Positions 11,201 through 24,666 of a stretch of 64,000 bases of DNA are shown here, in pieces (the first letter of the stretch is position 1; each line of letters opens with the position of its first letter). The position numbers and the translations under genes were made by a program. Below the pieces are notes generated by a model that saw only the letters and a list, made by a program, of their open reading frames with translations, ran no database searches and was not told the DNA's origin. The stretch is from contig JYFJ02001287.1 in assembly GCA_000934665.2 (NCBI GenBank), positions 1 to 64,000 of the forward strand, in the 5' to 3' direction. Origin of the DNA: Catajapyx aquilonaris (Eukaryota).

Positions 11201-14200
11201 ATGGCTTGTCCCCTCCAGTGCAGGGAATCCGCCTGCGCAGGATATCCAGTGGAGAGCTCTCTCCTGTTGTGCCAACCAAGCCAGTTTCCTCAGCCGGTAG
11301 ACTGAGCCTCATTCTCACTTGCTTGTCATTTACTCCGAGTGAAGTTCTGTGGTTCACTGTCCCTGGCTGTATAACTATAGCTGGCTGCTGGAGTTGACGT
11401 CATTAGTGTTCCTGGAACTCCCTGGTCTGGCTCGGGTTCCACTACGATACGCTCAATCTGATGTACTGTACTATACCTTGCGATTCAGTGGCAACAGGTA
11501 GCGAAAGACACCTGCTGTGCTGATGCCTATATAGGGCAGGTAAGGCGGACCAATTACTTACTCGTTTGGCGAATCTTAATAATTGGGGGGCAATTCCGTT
11601 ATGCGAATTATGTGCATGCCAAATCATTTATATTGACAATTAATATTTATGAGGGCGGCGCACTCATACATATAGTGAAGCGTTGCTATTCTCATGCACA
11701 GTGTTATTGATCAAAGGACGGACTGCTGAAACTTTATTTCACGCCTATTAGTTTAATATGGAACATGCAGGAACAACCGTGATAACATGTTATTAAACAT
11801 ATCGATGTTCTGTTAAAAGGCTGATAATTTTCATGCTATTTTTGACATGTTAAATAATGCTGAGGTCAGCTTCAAACGTGGTATAGCGAGTGAACATAAT
11901 CATGACTGGTGCCTGATGATGGTCGAATGTAGAGCAGTGGAATTATTACTATAGTATTTGGACAAAACATATTTTACATTGCAATTGAAAAAAACGACAA
12001 AATACATGTGATTAAGATATTACTATTTATATCCGACTCTAACCTGCTGTAAATGTTTATAATTCAGTTATAGTAATATTGTTGGACCTTTTTCCGAAAA
12101 TGACGAGAAAGGGAAGTGCAACACATCATTATTATGATTGATATCAGTATACAGTGTACTTATCAATGTGCAAGGTGCACATTGTGGACCATATACGAGT
12201 ATGAGAGCTATTTGCACAAATAACTTTGTTATTCAGAAAGTTGAAAGTGAGTATAGTATTGCCCAATGCAATGAATAGCAGGGAATATGATATATAGGCC
12301 TAATAAAAATAAGCCAGTTGCCGATTTATTTCTGTTGAGGCCAATTATACTTTCACACAGGTGTGGTATAGAGTAATGTTGCAGACCTAATGGACTGAAA
12401 TCAAAAACATCAGTAGATGCAACCTTATTAAAGAGCTTCAGGTCTACATTTTAGCAAAAATGTATTTTAGTTGTAGGGCACTCAATATTTTAAAAAATTA
12501 AACCAATCAATTTGTACCAAGTGTGTGTAAATTTGACAGCAGTGTAACACAGAAAGGTATATAAAACCTTATACCGGTAATAATATATTATTTTCATTGG
12601 AGTTTCTCTGCGTGACCTAGTGATCTTATTAGCTGTGTAGCTACTAGTGAATGCGCTACACGGATATTGCCTTGGATATTGCATTATGTGCAAAATTTAA
12701 CTAAGCAAGCAACTTTCCATTTCTATGAGAGTGACGAAGATTATTTAGCTTATTTTTGCATGCTGGTGTAGAACTAAAAAATACATTTAAGAGTAAGCTT
12801 ACTATAAAATCCCATAGCGGAAAATCGACAGTCTGATGCAAACCGATATTAACAAGCATTTCTCTGATGACATTTTAAAATGACCTCGATTTTTCCAGAA
12901 ATGTTTCTCACAGTGGTGGAAACCCTATCTCATACTATCATACATCTCATACATCATACATCATTTTAGTCTCTATACGTAAAGGCTTCCATGGGCTTCC
13001 TAATCCTTCATAGAGTGGGTTTCATTCCTCTTTTGACATAGTGTAGCCATATCCGGACGAAAAGTTCCCTTTCCCGATGCGACAGAACATCTATTTTAGG
13101 ACTTGATTGGGTACATACTGCAGTGCACTTTATTTTTTCATAGCCTCATTCTATGGCGATGGCACCCTCGAGTGAAGATCAAAGGCTCAACATCAATCTG
13201 GATTTTCTTTATCAAAGCACGACAACGTTTTGAAGTATTCGCATGAGCGGAATAAAGTCAAATAAAAACGCCTTGCTCTTTGGAATCTTCATTTATACAT
13301 CTGCCTCCAGGCATATATCACAATCAAGAGCCGAGTAATTATATTCAAAGCTGCTTTTATATGTCCTCCGTATGCAAATGTTAACACAAGGATGCTTGGA
13401 AGCTAAAACTGAAAGGCAAAAGAAGTCGGAGATTTTTCACCTCTTATACCTACTCCTGTGCAACTTACAAGTCAGTTCATTTCCACCCATTTGTCACAAA
13501 TTATTACAAATTTACTTATTTTTACTTTTTGAATAGTTGAATATCACTCTTTCAAACTGCCGCAGTTTGCTATATAAGTGTTAATTAGGAAGGATGCCTT
13601 AACGAGCGTGGCCACTGTGCCCTTATACAAAGGCTGCATTAATATGGTAAAAGCCTAATTGCTCTTCTACTGTTTCCATGCCCACTGCACACGCTTACCC
13701 TTGACACCGAATATGTTTGCCCCCAAACCACAGTAATGACGCACGTTGATTTAATTTAAAGTCACTGCCCTGCTTCAAAAATATTTTCAACAGCCCACGG
13801 TTTCCACAGCCCCCTTCAAAACAGATCAATTTAATGAACACAGTACACTAAGCTTTATATGAGCTGAGACAAAGCCTTGCTAACAATGTACTAAAAGTGT
13901 CCATGAATTTTGCGGACCAAAAATCGATATGCACTAATGAAGGCCAGAAACATCCATTGTGCACTCCAGCTAAATCATTACTCCTACGTTATGCAGTATA
14001 ATGTAGTTTTCTCTCCCCAATTCATTACATTTCCACAGGATTTGAAGAGGAAAAAAAACCCTCTCATCTCCCCACAGGTATGTGGTCCCAGAATATTGTC
14101 AACAGGGACTTTCAGTAAGCTGGCAGCCACCAAGTTAATGAGGAGCCTGCGTGTTAAGCTCCAATCAGGCCTCGGATATGGCTCTGACCAATTGAGTCTC

Positions 14201-16865
14201 CACTTAGCACAACAACCATAATCTCCTGCGTCACTCTAGGATATAATTGTGCGCACTATGGACTCTCTTAACTCCCTGGACATGACGCAATGCACGCAGG
14301 TTTATTAAGGGCCGCCCCTTATATATATATTTTTAAAAGATGATTCCTCCTTGACCCGGGATACAAGCACACAATGCACCGGTTGGACGTCAAGCGGCTA
14401 TGTATAACGAAGAGGGGGAGTCGATTTCAAAGCTATCGCTTCGTCTCAATTAAATTAATTAAGGGAGTAGGGGCGGTAAAAGAGAACCCAATTAGTAGGC
14501 CCTTTTCATTTGCTTTACAGATCGATGACCCCCGGCCCTTTCTCAAGGTTTGTTTTTCTTTCAGTTTGTTTACAACAAACAACAACCGCTTTGGACGGTG
14601 CCAAAGGGTTAATACCTGCATTGCACAGGTCGAAGGTTAATGGGACACTGTGGTGGTGAGAATTAGGCAGGCTGTGGAAGGAAGCAGAGCTCAGCGAAGG
14701 AGCTGAGAGCAATATTGCATGCGACACGACATTGTGCCCTGCGACCTCCCGACCCCGTGCACTTCCACAGTATGGACGTCGAGAACTGCTTTTGGGCCTC
14801 TCGTGACGCTAATTCATCCTGGCTCAGATTTTGCTGCTCCGGTTTGGACACGGAGCGATAAGGCGAAAAAAGTGGGAGGGTAAAAGGAGAAGACCTCCTA
14901 ACTCAAAGTGTAGAAAACGGTTTTCCTTGCCCTAACCTACCCATGTTCTACACTCATTCATGTCATATAAGTAATGAATTAATTGCATGATCATGTAAGC
15001 ATATCATGACATGAAAGCATTTTTGGGTTGAGTTGAGCTGTAGGGTGGGTCAGGACTGCCACGAGACATTGGCTTTAGTATAACACCAAACTCTCCCAAT
15101 GCTACAGGCTTCTGTACTATACTCTACTATACTACTACTGTAGTAACACTGTGTATCAGATAATAATATAATTACGAAGCTTTGTGAAAATGTGTTTTTA
15201 AAGTACATGTGCACGTTACAAGTGGTGAGCAATTTTACTGAGGTCATAAAATGTTCCATGCAGTTGTTCTACAAAACTTTTATCAGTTGAATACTGTACC
15301 GTGTTGTAGAATAAATTGCGGCACTGTTTACAGGCAAACGATCATTCATGTTGAGCTACATTAAAAACAAATGGTATAGATTATCATCGAGGTTTAAAGC
15401 CTGAAAAATCCTGCTTTCACAAATGGAGCTTACGTAAGTGGTATAAACGTGCATGCAGTGATAGATTGAAGGAATGAAAACAGGATGGCTTCCAATCTGG
15501 AGACCACCGTTTTGAATTGCGGAACAGGCTTGTTTTTTTTTTATCAAGCTAGTCAGAGCTATCCTTTTCTCGGCTGTCCTTTTAATGAAAAAGGGCATCT
15601 CCGGTTGAAAAGCATCCTCTTGAGAACCCCCTTTTAAGGCGGATCTTCCTGATAACGAATGCAACGAATTGACGTCACGTTCTCCTTCACATGGACGTTG
15701 TTGATGTAATTAGGTTGTACTGCACTGTACGTTCGCATTACGTGAACATAATTTTTCGAAATATCCGAAAAACAGTGTGAAAACTTTTCTTCATTCACAA
15801 ATACCCGGAGTATAATCCTCTGACAATAACAATATCTGTATTCCCAACAGTCGCATAAGCCTCACTGGAATAATTAATCCGGATTTATATTCCCGCACCC
15901 TCGAAGGCAAATGTGGCATATGAACTCCGCGTCAATATAATCTATCGCTCCGGTAACCATGGCAGCAGCTAGCGTTCGTAGCTGCAAGCCACAGTTATCT
16001 AAGATTTTCTTCCTCTACCTGTAAAATTGAATCCGGCCCTTCAATCCTCTCTCGATTGGATGCTCATCCCTCCGGTTATTAGTACTCCAGGAGCAATATT
16101 ATGGATTTGAGCCATCTCCACACTACAAGACTCTATATAGACACGACACTAAACTATGTACACGTAATATGGCTTGCTGCCTGTGGTGTTTGCAAGGACC
16201 GTCGATCTTGCGCTATGATCATTAGTATAGTTCTCTAAGAGAAGGCGCAACATTATTTTTCGCTTATAATCCGTTGAAGCCATAAAGCATGATTTGCAGC
16301 AGAGAAAAAAAAGTGAGAGGCACAAGAGCGCTGGATAGGCTTTAGTTGGATTCAGGAGATTTGAAGGCCAACATCTGACACCCAAGGAACAGATTTCCAC
16401 ATCCGATAGAGCCCCTACAAAATATAGTGTCAACCAAAACAGACTTGTCATTGTGACGAGCCACATTGGTTTTGGACAGAAAGAGCAGTCACAACAAAGA
16501 GAAACTCTTTAATAGTGAACTGTTTCTAAAATGCTTAACGAAATGTCATACGATTCATATAAGAAATTACTGACATCCAGTAATAAATGTAAGCTGAAAG
16601 GATTACAGCACCTCACTTTTCACCTGAGCAGTGCAAATTTCCTATGTCACATTCTGTTTGTTTTAAATAAGGAAAAGTGTGTCGCCGATTTCTATCTAAC
16701 TTAAACTACCCGAAAGCTGCCAGTCTGCTATATTTATAGCCCCCCTACTTGTCATTTCCCAAATTCGACCCAGAAAAAAATTTTAGTTCCCATAATGTGA
16801 ACAAAAATCCATTTCTCTTTTCCTTCCCCCTCCAGGGATCTGAGATGAGGATGCTCCATCCATAG

Positions 16866-17106
16866 GCATCATACAAACAACGTAGTGTACCATCATCAGC
16901 AGAAATCTCGCAGCATCGTGCGCCTGCTCCATTCCTCCCCTCCCTCCCTCCCTACCCCCCCATTCAGCCAGGCAGCTCCAGCCAGGAAAAAGGACTTAAC
17001 GAAATCGATCCAGCAGGCTACGGAGAGCTGACTCAGGGACTGGATGCCGGTCAACATGATCCGGAGGCTGAGACGGAAGACTCGGAGGAACTCGGACAGG
17101 TGGGAG
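16866..17106 (+). CDS. Candidate upstream Pro-rich/acidic coding exon of the PRRT3/4-like gene
   Basis: Open frame ASYKQRSVPSSAEISQHRAPAPFLPSLPPYPPIQPG...DPEAETEDSEELGQVG ends at a phase-1 donor (G|gtacgg) that is compatible with the phase-1 acceptor at 24667. However, the stronger acceptor at 16835 would include an in-frame TAG, so this may be UTR. Confidence 0.3.
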
Positions 17107-20100
17107 GTACGGCCCGCACATGGCCTTCCTCCTGCTCTAGGTGCCATACGTTGAACTTGGACACCCCTTGATTTTTATTTTTTTGACAACCACTTCAGGA
17201 TGGCACGTCTCAATGGTTCTGGAATGATCGACAATGGTGAGTAAGGGACATTGTTTGTTTTTGGTTGGGGAAAACATGCGAGTGTTTGGACAGGCATGGT
17301 CTGGTACAGCCGGTTTCATTCCGGGGATTTGGGTTTTTGGCATGGTGAGCGGGAAATGCCAGCGGTGCATGTAATTGCGGGAGATTTCTTAGCAAAAAGG
17401 TAGGGCGTCTTTAGGTAGTGGTACTCAACCGGAGTGACAAAATTAGAGTGCATCCCAACCACAACAACGAAGACAACGACTAGTATATGAACTCAACCCA
17501 GCAGATTTATGTGTCCAAATATAGCTTGACTTTGGAGTTTAACCCTTCTCAATTATACAGGCAACTTCAACGCTGGGAATAAAGTGGGCTGGCCTAAATT
17601 TATGCGGGGTGGGAATATAATAACATTTTTAGATGTGCTCATGAGAGAATAACATTATTTTGCTCCCCCCCCTCCCCAGAGTTTAATTTGAACAGTATCG
17701 GAGAGCTGCGGATACATCAAAGGCAGGCGTGTTCTGCTCACTTGAGGCTAGTGTTGACCATGAACGATCGATTATCCGATTGAATGACTGGTGAAGCTCC
17801 GACGGCAATCTCTTCCACACACAGCCAATTTTACGCCATAAACGCATTATTGAAATTTACTTGCACAATGTTATTTTACTTTGTGTTGTTATGCACTGCA
17901 CTGTGGGCAAACACACTGAATTGTATACATTAAAAGCAGCCAGTGACGTTACATGATGAATATATCGCATATAAATGGGTAAATCACAAGGTGTGCAACA
18001 AACAGTTTGTTCCCTCTCAAAAACAATATTCCTTTCATCGTCCAAATGAAAGTGACCACTCCCAGTTCCATGTAACCCATTACTGTAGCAAAAAAAAAGT
18101 ATCAATCGGATCTCATTGCGCTGGAAATACTCCAGCGGGCTCTGTGCCAAGACTCTCTCTTTATATGTACATGGGAAGCGGAACCTATGCAACTGGAATC
18201 GGATGCTGCTGCTGCTGGACCTCCGCTTTTATTCAAGCCCGAGACTGGTTCGTGTTCTATCGAGAGTTTTAGCAGGGGATGAGTAATTAGCAGGCGGATC
18301 TGGGGATGTCAGAGGAGATCTGCAATTTTCGTGATAGCCTGTTTGCGTTGTCATGCAATATTCCCCCCCATACTCTCTTTTTTTTCAAGCTACGCTGGGA
18401 AATCAAGTTAGGCGTCATAAACTTAATTTCGGCGTTATTGAAAGGAGCCCCCTTGTTAAACTCCCATTACTGCGTCGCGTAATTAATGTGCAGCAGCAGG
18501 GTTCGAAAAAAGCGAATTGAGACCAAAATATAGAGAGCATGTTATATTGCCCTTGCAGTAATTTGCTTTTAGCGAATCATCACTCGATGGCAATTAGTAC
18601 TAACTACAACAAAAGGCGGCGTCTGTAATTTTACAAAAAATTACATATTAAATTCAATTTTATAATTATCTGTTAGTGTTTTACACCTTCCATCCACTAC
18701 ATATAGGCTATCTGCAGCAGAGTAAGTTTTGCAGAACATTACTCTAACTCTGATGTGTGGACACTAACATTATTCCTAAGAGGAGTTTATGTACCGTATT
18801 ATTATGTACGGCCCATTCAAAGCAACTTGTAATAATTACGTCGAGCAACAGTACAGATATTACGACATCAGTGGTTGTACGAGTATAGATGCCCGGAGGT
18901 TATGTTCTCAGCACTTGGTCCGACGCGTTGCAATGTATAACGAGGAGTTCAAATGAAAAGTTTTGCTTCCGTCAAGGCAAATCTCATTTAATCTGCATAC
19001 TAAATCATGTTGGACCTATGGGAAACTTACTCGGCGCCTAATCAGCATTAATAAGTGATGAGGTAAGAAGAGCAGCGCTCCTCGTCTTTGAAAAACCTCA
19101 GTACATACAGACATTGCCAAAAAAAATGCTAATGTCGCTATGTATATTGACTTTTGATGAATATTGCTATTTAAAAACTGATGGTTATCATCAAATGAAC
19201 ACTGCGTAGATTAATACGTTAGTGTCAGTGTAGTTTTGAAACACCTTGTATATGCAGTTCATGGAGCGATGGAGGGCAACATAACAAGTGCCCCGTATAC
19301 AGAGACCCGTAATATAAATCTGAAAGTGCTCATGGCTGTCAAGTTAGCCTGGCCGAGTTACAATGCAGATTTCACCGCGGGTATGTGGTGAATGGCATGC
19401 ATGTGAATTAAGGCTACTTTGTGGCACTGTTTGTCGAATATATTAGTAATATGCGATACTAACTTACTTACAAGCAAGAATATTACATTATTTATCCTCT
19501 GTTTTTAGTACAGTCCTGTTTTCATGGTGCATTATTCAAGAGCTGCCCACATTACCCATTCTAACCGGGTTTTTATTATGCTAAATATATCGGACGGGAT
19601 ATGCCTCTGTTTAAAGGCAAGGTGAAAGGTTAAAGTCCAAGTGTTGCTTTATTTCCTCTGACGGCAGTAACGATTCTGACAGTGACAGACTTGCATGATT
19701 TGCACGGCGTTTTTCCAAGAAGTCGCCCCAACTGCGGGGAAAAATTATTTAGTGCTTTATATATACGCCTACTGAAATGAAGTTGCATGATGATACTGTG
19801 GGTGAACAAGGAAATGAGCCCGCAGCGTATATAATTAAATTTTGAAATTAACCTTTGAGAAGTATAATGTATATACCGGTGTACATTTTCTCAATGGAAT
19901 TACTATGTCAGCACAGAAATGTTGGAATATGAAACTACAAGACTTGATTATTTTGGTAGAGACTTTCTGGATCGACAAAATGAGTTGATTTTGTGAATAT
20001 ATTACACATGCGTGCATATTTTTCATGCTTGTGTTTGTAGAATTGCCTTCTCTTTCGTAGTACATGGAACACTCTCTAATGCCCATCCATCACTTACGTT

Positions 20101-23100
20101 ACACTTAGCACTAAATCTACAATAATCCTTAAGTGCCTTTTCCCATCTTTTTATCGCCCCTGGCTTTGGCTAAACACCTGCACGGCCATCTAGGTAAATT
20201 GTCGAGGGAAACCGTAAAAGAAATTGATTTCGCACAGCTTATTGAAGATAGCACAGTGCACGGCGGACGTAATAATTCCATAGGGCTTTACAATCATGAA
20301 ACAACCACCTGGTCTCTCTCCTTTTGGAGAGCCTTTGAAGATCGGCAGGCGTGAGGCTTAATCTAGTTTCACCAAAGGTTTCACATTAAGCTCTGCAAAT
20401 TCGTCTATTTGAATTTTGCCTTTAATTCATCATCGGATTTCAGGAAGCTTAATAACCGCAGGAGATAGGCAGCTACTTGAGATGAGATAAAACTGAAATT
20501 CTCTCAGAATAATTTGTCCTCGCAGGCTTGCTCTTTTGACCCGCACTAAATTAGAACTAGTATGTACTTGAACGTTCACGTTACAAGTAGACTGGAATTG
20601 AGTTGGAAAGATGTCAAGAATCGAAACCAGACTCTAATTTGAACTTGGTTCTTTGGCGAGTGGGCGTACTCCACTTAGGTGGAAGGTAGTGGAGGGTTGC
20701 TACTGCTATGGATCGATTGGCTAGACTTCTAGTTGACATTCAGTTCCTACCGTACCACAGACTCCTGGGATCCTCACAGGTTTCAAGCTTCTCTCAGAAG
20801 CTCCCTCACTCCCACCCTATACCCCCACTTTTCAAATTGAGTTTTCTTTTCTAACGTGAAAATGCTTCAGAACGTTCTCAGGGAATTAAGTTTTAAGTTG
20901 GCATTCATAAAGCCAGTTATTTCTCATCATTAAAACCTCCTATTCTCAGTAAACAAATATCGAACTGTACGGTACCATTTGAAAAGGAAACGACTTTTTT
21001 TTGCAAATGCTTTTTGGAAAACCATGAAGTTCACAGATATACTGTACAGTGTGTTCCAACTGAAATGTCTGTTTTCATTAGCATTTTTTACTCTAAGCTG
21101 CTTATTTTTAAGCAGTTACTTTGAATTAATCACTTTCAGTGCTTATCGAAAAAGTTAGTCGCCAATATAATATATTATTCCAGATTAAATGATCGATCCA
21201 TGTTCTGAATTTCAAATTAGTCTTGATTGGGAAAGCACATGGAATATAACTGACAGCATCCGTTTTTTGCAGGCCAGAGATTCCTTTGCAGGGATTGAAA
21301 AGGATGAATCAACGCAACCTAATATTAGCTGATAATACTACTGATAGTACTACTGATAGTACAAAGATGAAAATATTCAAAAGAAACTGTACAAATAAAT
21401 CCACTTATTGTTAGTGCCAAAAACCCACTAACTAAAAAGGGAATTTCACATGAAACACCATTTACATGGTCCCATAATTTTTGTGTTTGAAACCGTTCAT
21501 TTGCATTTATTTTCTTTTGGTTTATTTTCTGGACACACAGTATTCATTTTGGGGAATTAGCTGGAACCGTCGTGATTACTGAATCATCAGGCTTTTTCCG
21601 GTGTTAAAACTACAATTAATAATTATATGCGCATTACAGTTTATTTAACCCCAATTAAAAAATGTATTGCACTCACATGCAATATTGCAACATGGGTACT
21701 TGGTACATCACGTTGTGACTAAGCTCTTCCTTCCATCTAGTAATATTGAATTCAAGTAACACGTTTAAAAAATCATTTACGTGCATGTACGTAGTTTTAT
21801 TTTCCTTAAAAAGTTCCGGCGAAAGGTGTCCTGGCCTCACCCGAGGTAAACATAAGCGAGAAAACGTGTTGGAGTACTGATGGTCATATACAGTACTGTA
21901 TTGCCAGAATACATTTGGCCAATTAGTTTTGACAGTACATGATGAAATTATGATACATGACATCTGCATGTTTGTGTTCCATAACTGCAGCGTCAGACCA
22001 ATATCTAACTTTGAAATCTTTTGCATAATGATTGCACTTAAACTAATTAAAAATAATTAGTTAATAGTTTACTCCGTGAGAGGCCTTGGCCTAAAAGGGG
22101 ATCTTTGTTTGATTAACAGACTTCAATTATCGACTTCTCTGCTGATGGATTTTGATTGTCAGAGTAAACGTGAGAATCCCGAGAAATCCCACGCAAACAC
22201 GGAGAAAACCCATATAGAAACTCATGCCACATGAGACAGTGTAAGTAGTGTTCTTCGTCCTATCTGAGGATACAACTCGGGAATGTCATTGCAAATGAAA
22301 AATAGTAGGATAATCTTGGAAGCTCTAACCAGCTACCACCTTCAATGCGCCACACTACAGTATTAGAGAAATTAAGTTATCAACAGCCCTTTCTGTACTG
22401 TGCATTAACACATCCAATTAAATGTATCAGGACTCACTTTCATTAACCCAGAATGAAGTTTGTGTTTCCGGTAGCAAATCAGTGTACTGCAGCTATACAC
22501 TCTTTCTGTGCACTCGAACCATGTTTTTTTTAAATCCTTTCATCGCTCGCGTACCAGTACCTAATGAATGAGGGCAGTTGTTTTTTTCTGAACGCTTTCA
22601 TTACATTTCCTTTAATTAATTATAGCAGCATTCCCCTGCCGTTAACTTCGGAAGTGATAAAAAACCGATCCCAATGCTGCCCTTTTCAGGCCGAAAAAGC
22701 TCTTTCCTTTTGCAGCAGGAGGGTTCATTTCCACACTAGCGTATACAGAGTTGAGTAAAATCTATGTCGTCATGGCTTTCCTTGGAAAGAAAGCTTTTAG
22801 CTATAGAAAAAGCAATGTGTCTGGAGGGGGGCTCCAAAGAACCCAGGTGACTTATAGAAAGAAGCGGAATTCATGAAGGAGGTACTGCAAGAAATGTGTA
22901 TGTACCGCGCCTTTTTCAATTTGCAAGAAAATCGCAATTAAAATGTCATAAATGTCCACAGCTCGAAATGAGACAAAGTGTACTTACGTACTTAGAAATA
23001 TTTTTCGTTCCAACAACCAGTCTAAAGAGAAGCAATCCAGTGCAATGGAAACAACAATAATTTCTGGTGACTGTTGCTTCCCTTTAAACCTGTTGCTGGG

Positions 23101-24666
23101 TAAACAATCCGCAAATTTCCACCTGCTTCATTCCTATCTTGAACTTACAGTTAGTGCAGAATATAGTGCATTCCATATGTTTTCGAGTCCGTTTGGAGAT
23201 ATTGATAATAGGGGCAGATTTTTTGTACACATTTGTTCGGCGCTGGGATTAGCTGGGAATAGTTTCTTGGTAGCGAGAGAGTGGACCAGAAACTATAATT
23301 AATCTATCAGACTTTAGTGGTCCAAGTGACGCTTCATCAGTAATGGTGACCCCCTCTATAATAGTTTATTGCAACACCCTGCACAAGTGCACATCTTCCC
23401 TTACATTTTTCCCCCATATTTGCCAGTTAATATCGACATCCCCTCTTTTTTGCTCTCGAAAAGATTCCTCTCTTCCCGCACCAATATTCGTGGAGAAGAT
23501 TGAATGTATTTTTGACGCACGTGAAGCATTACATCAGCAGCAGCAGAAGGATATTGGTTTTTCCTGTGTCTAGTCCGAGCCAATAAGGACCGTAACAGAG
23601 CCTTTAAAATGATTATTTGAGTTTGAACGATGCTCGCATCTGGGTCTTTTACTTGGTAGCTCTCTGCGGGGATAGTTAGCACAAAGCAACTATAGTAAAG
23701 ACAACAAAAAAAAAATGTAGAGAGAAACGAAGAGGCATTTGAGTGTGGCGCGAGGGATCAAGCGATAAAAGGAAGTGGCCCAGCTGCAATTCCCTGTGCA
23801 AATTACGATAGCGAAGTCGGGGAGAAAGAGGAAGGCCACATCGGGAATTACCTGAGCCTTTCTATACGGACCTGCAGACTGTACGTCAGCCTTGAAGAAA
23901 AAAACAATCTTCCGCTTCCAGAACCAAAGTACTATTTCCTCTGCTCTCGCTCGCTGCCGCTGAATCAATATTTACAGCTCTCCTAGCTATGAATAATTAC
24001 CGGGAAACTTGTGGATGTGCTCTTTCCCAAAATGTCTAACTTGTTACATTCGAGGAGATTAAATGAGGCGGATTTTTTTTAAAAGAGAGAAAAGGAGGTA
24101 GGGGAAACTTGTCTCGTTAAGGAGAGAGGGCAAAATAATGTTCAAGTTGACTCCGACTACAAGGACTCTTACGTATATGGATGATATAGCCTCCTAGTGC
24201 TACGAAATATCTTCGCATTCTTTCAATATATACATGCATTTCTCAACCTTAACCTTTTGATATTCCATGAAGTGGAATCATTTGCGGATAAGAATAGTGG
24301 TTTATGACCTATTGACCCCTGACGTACAATTCGTATCGTGTTTCCAGGCTGCCTTGCGTCCAAACATTCTTATAGTTGCTTCCGGTTCTCCTTAATAGCA
24401 CCCGTCGAGGTATTCCTTATGAAGGCGCTATAAAGTTACCTCCTATCAGGGCATTCTATTTTGAACAAATCGATAGTCATTATGAGATTACAATGACCAC
24501 CCACGAACTTTGTAGCACCATGAAAGGGGTGTCAGGAGCCAGGAAATTGATAAAGCACTCCCCTTTTTAAGTGACACTCTCTGACGCGAGATATCATCAG
24601 CGACATGTCTAACTGATTTTATGTACAAAATATTGCGTTCTGATGATTTATGTCGACCTTTTTCAG

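Noticed and set aside
21045..21542. Possible Tc1/mariner MITE (TA-CAGTGTGTTCC ... GGACACACAG-TA)
   Set aside because: The ends are too degenerate to call without a repeat library.
6800..24600. Many 60-130 aa ORFs in the intergenic/intronic region (also 25-36 kb and 39-44 kb)
   Set aside because: No recognisable domains or coherent splice structure; consistent with chance ORFs.
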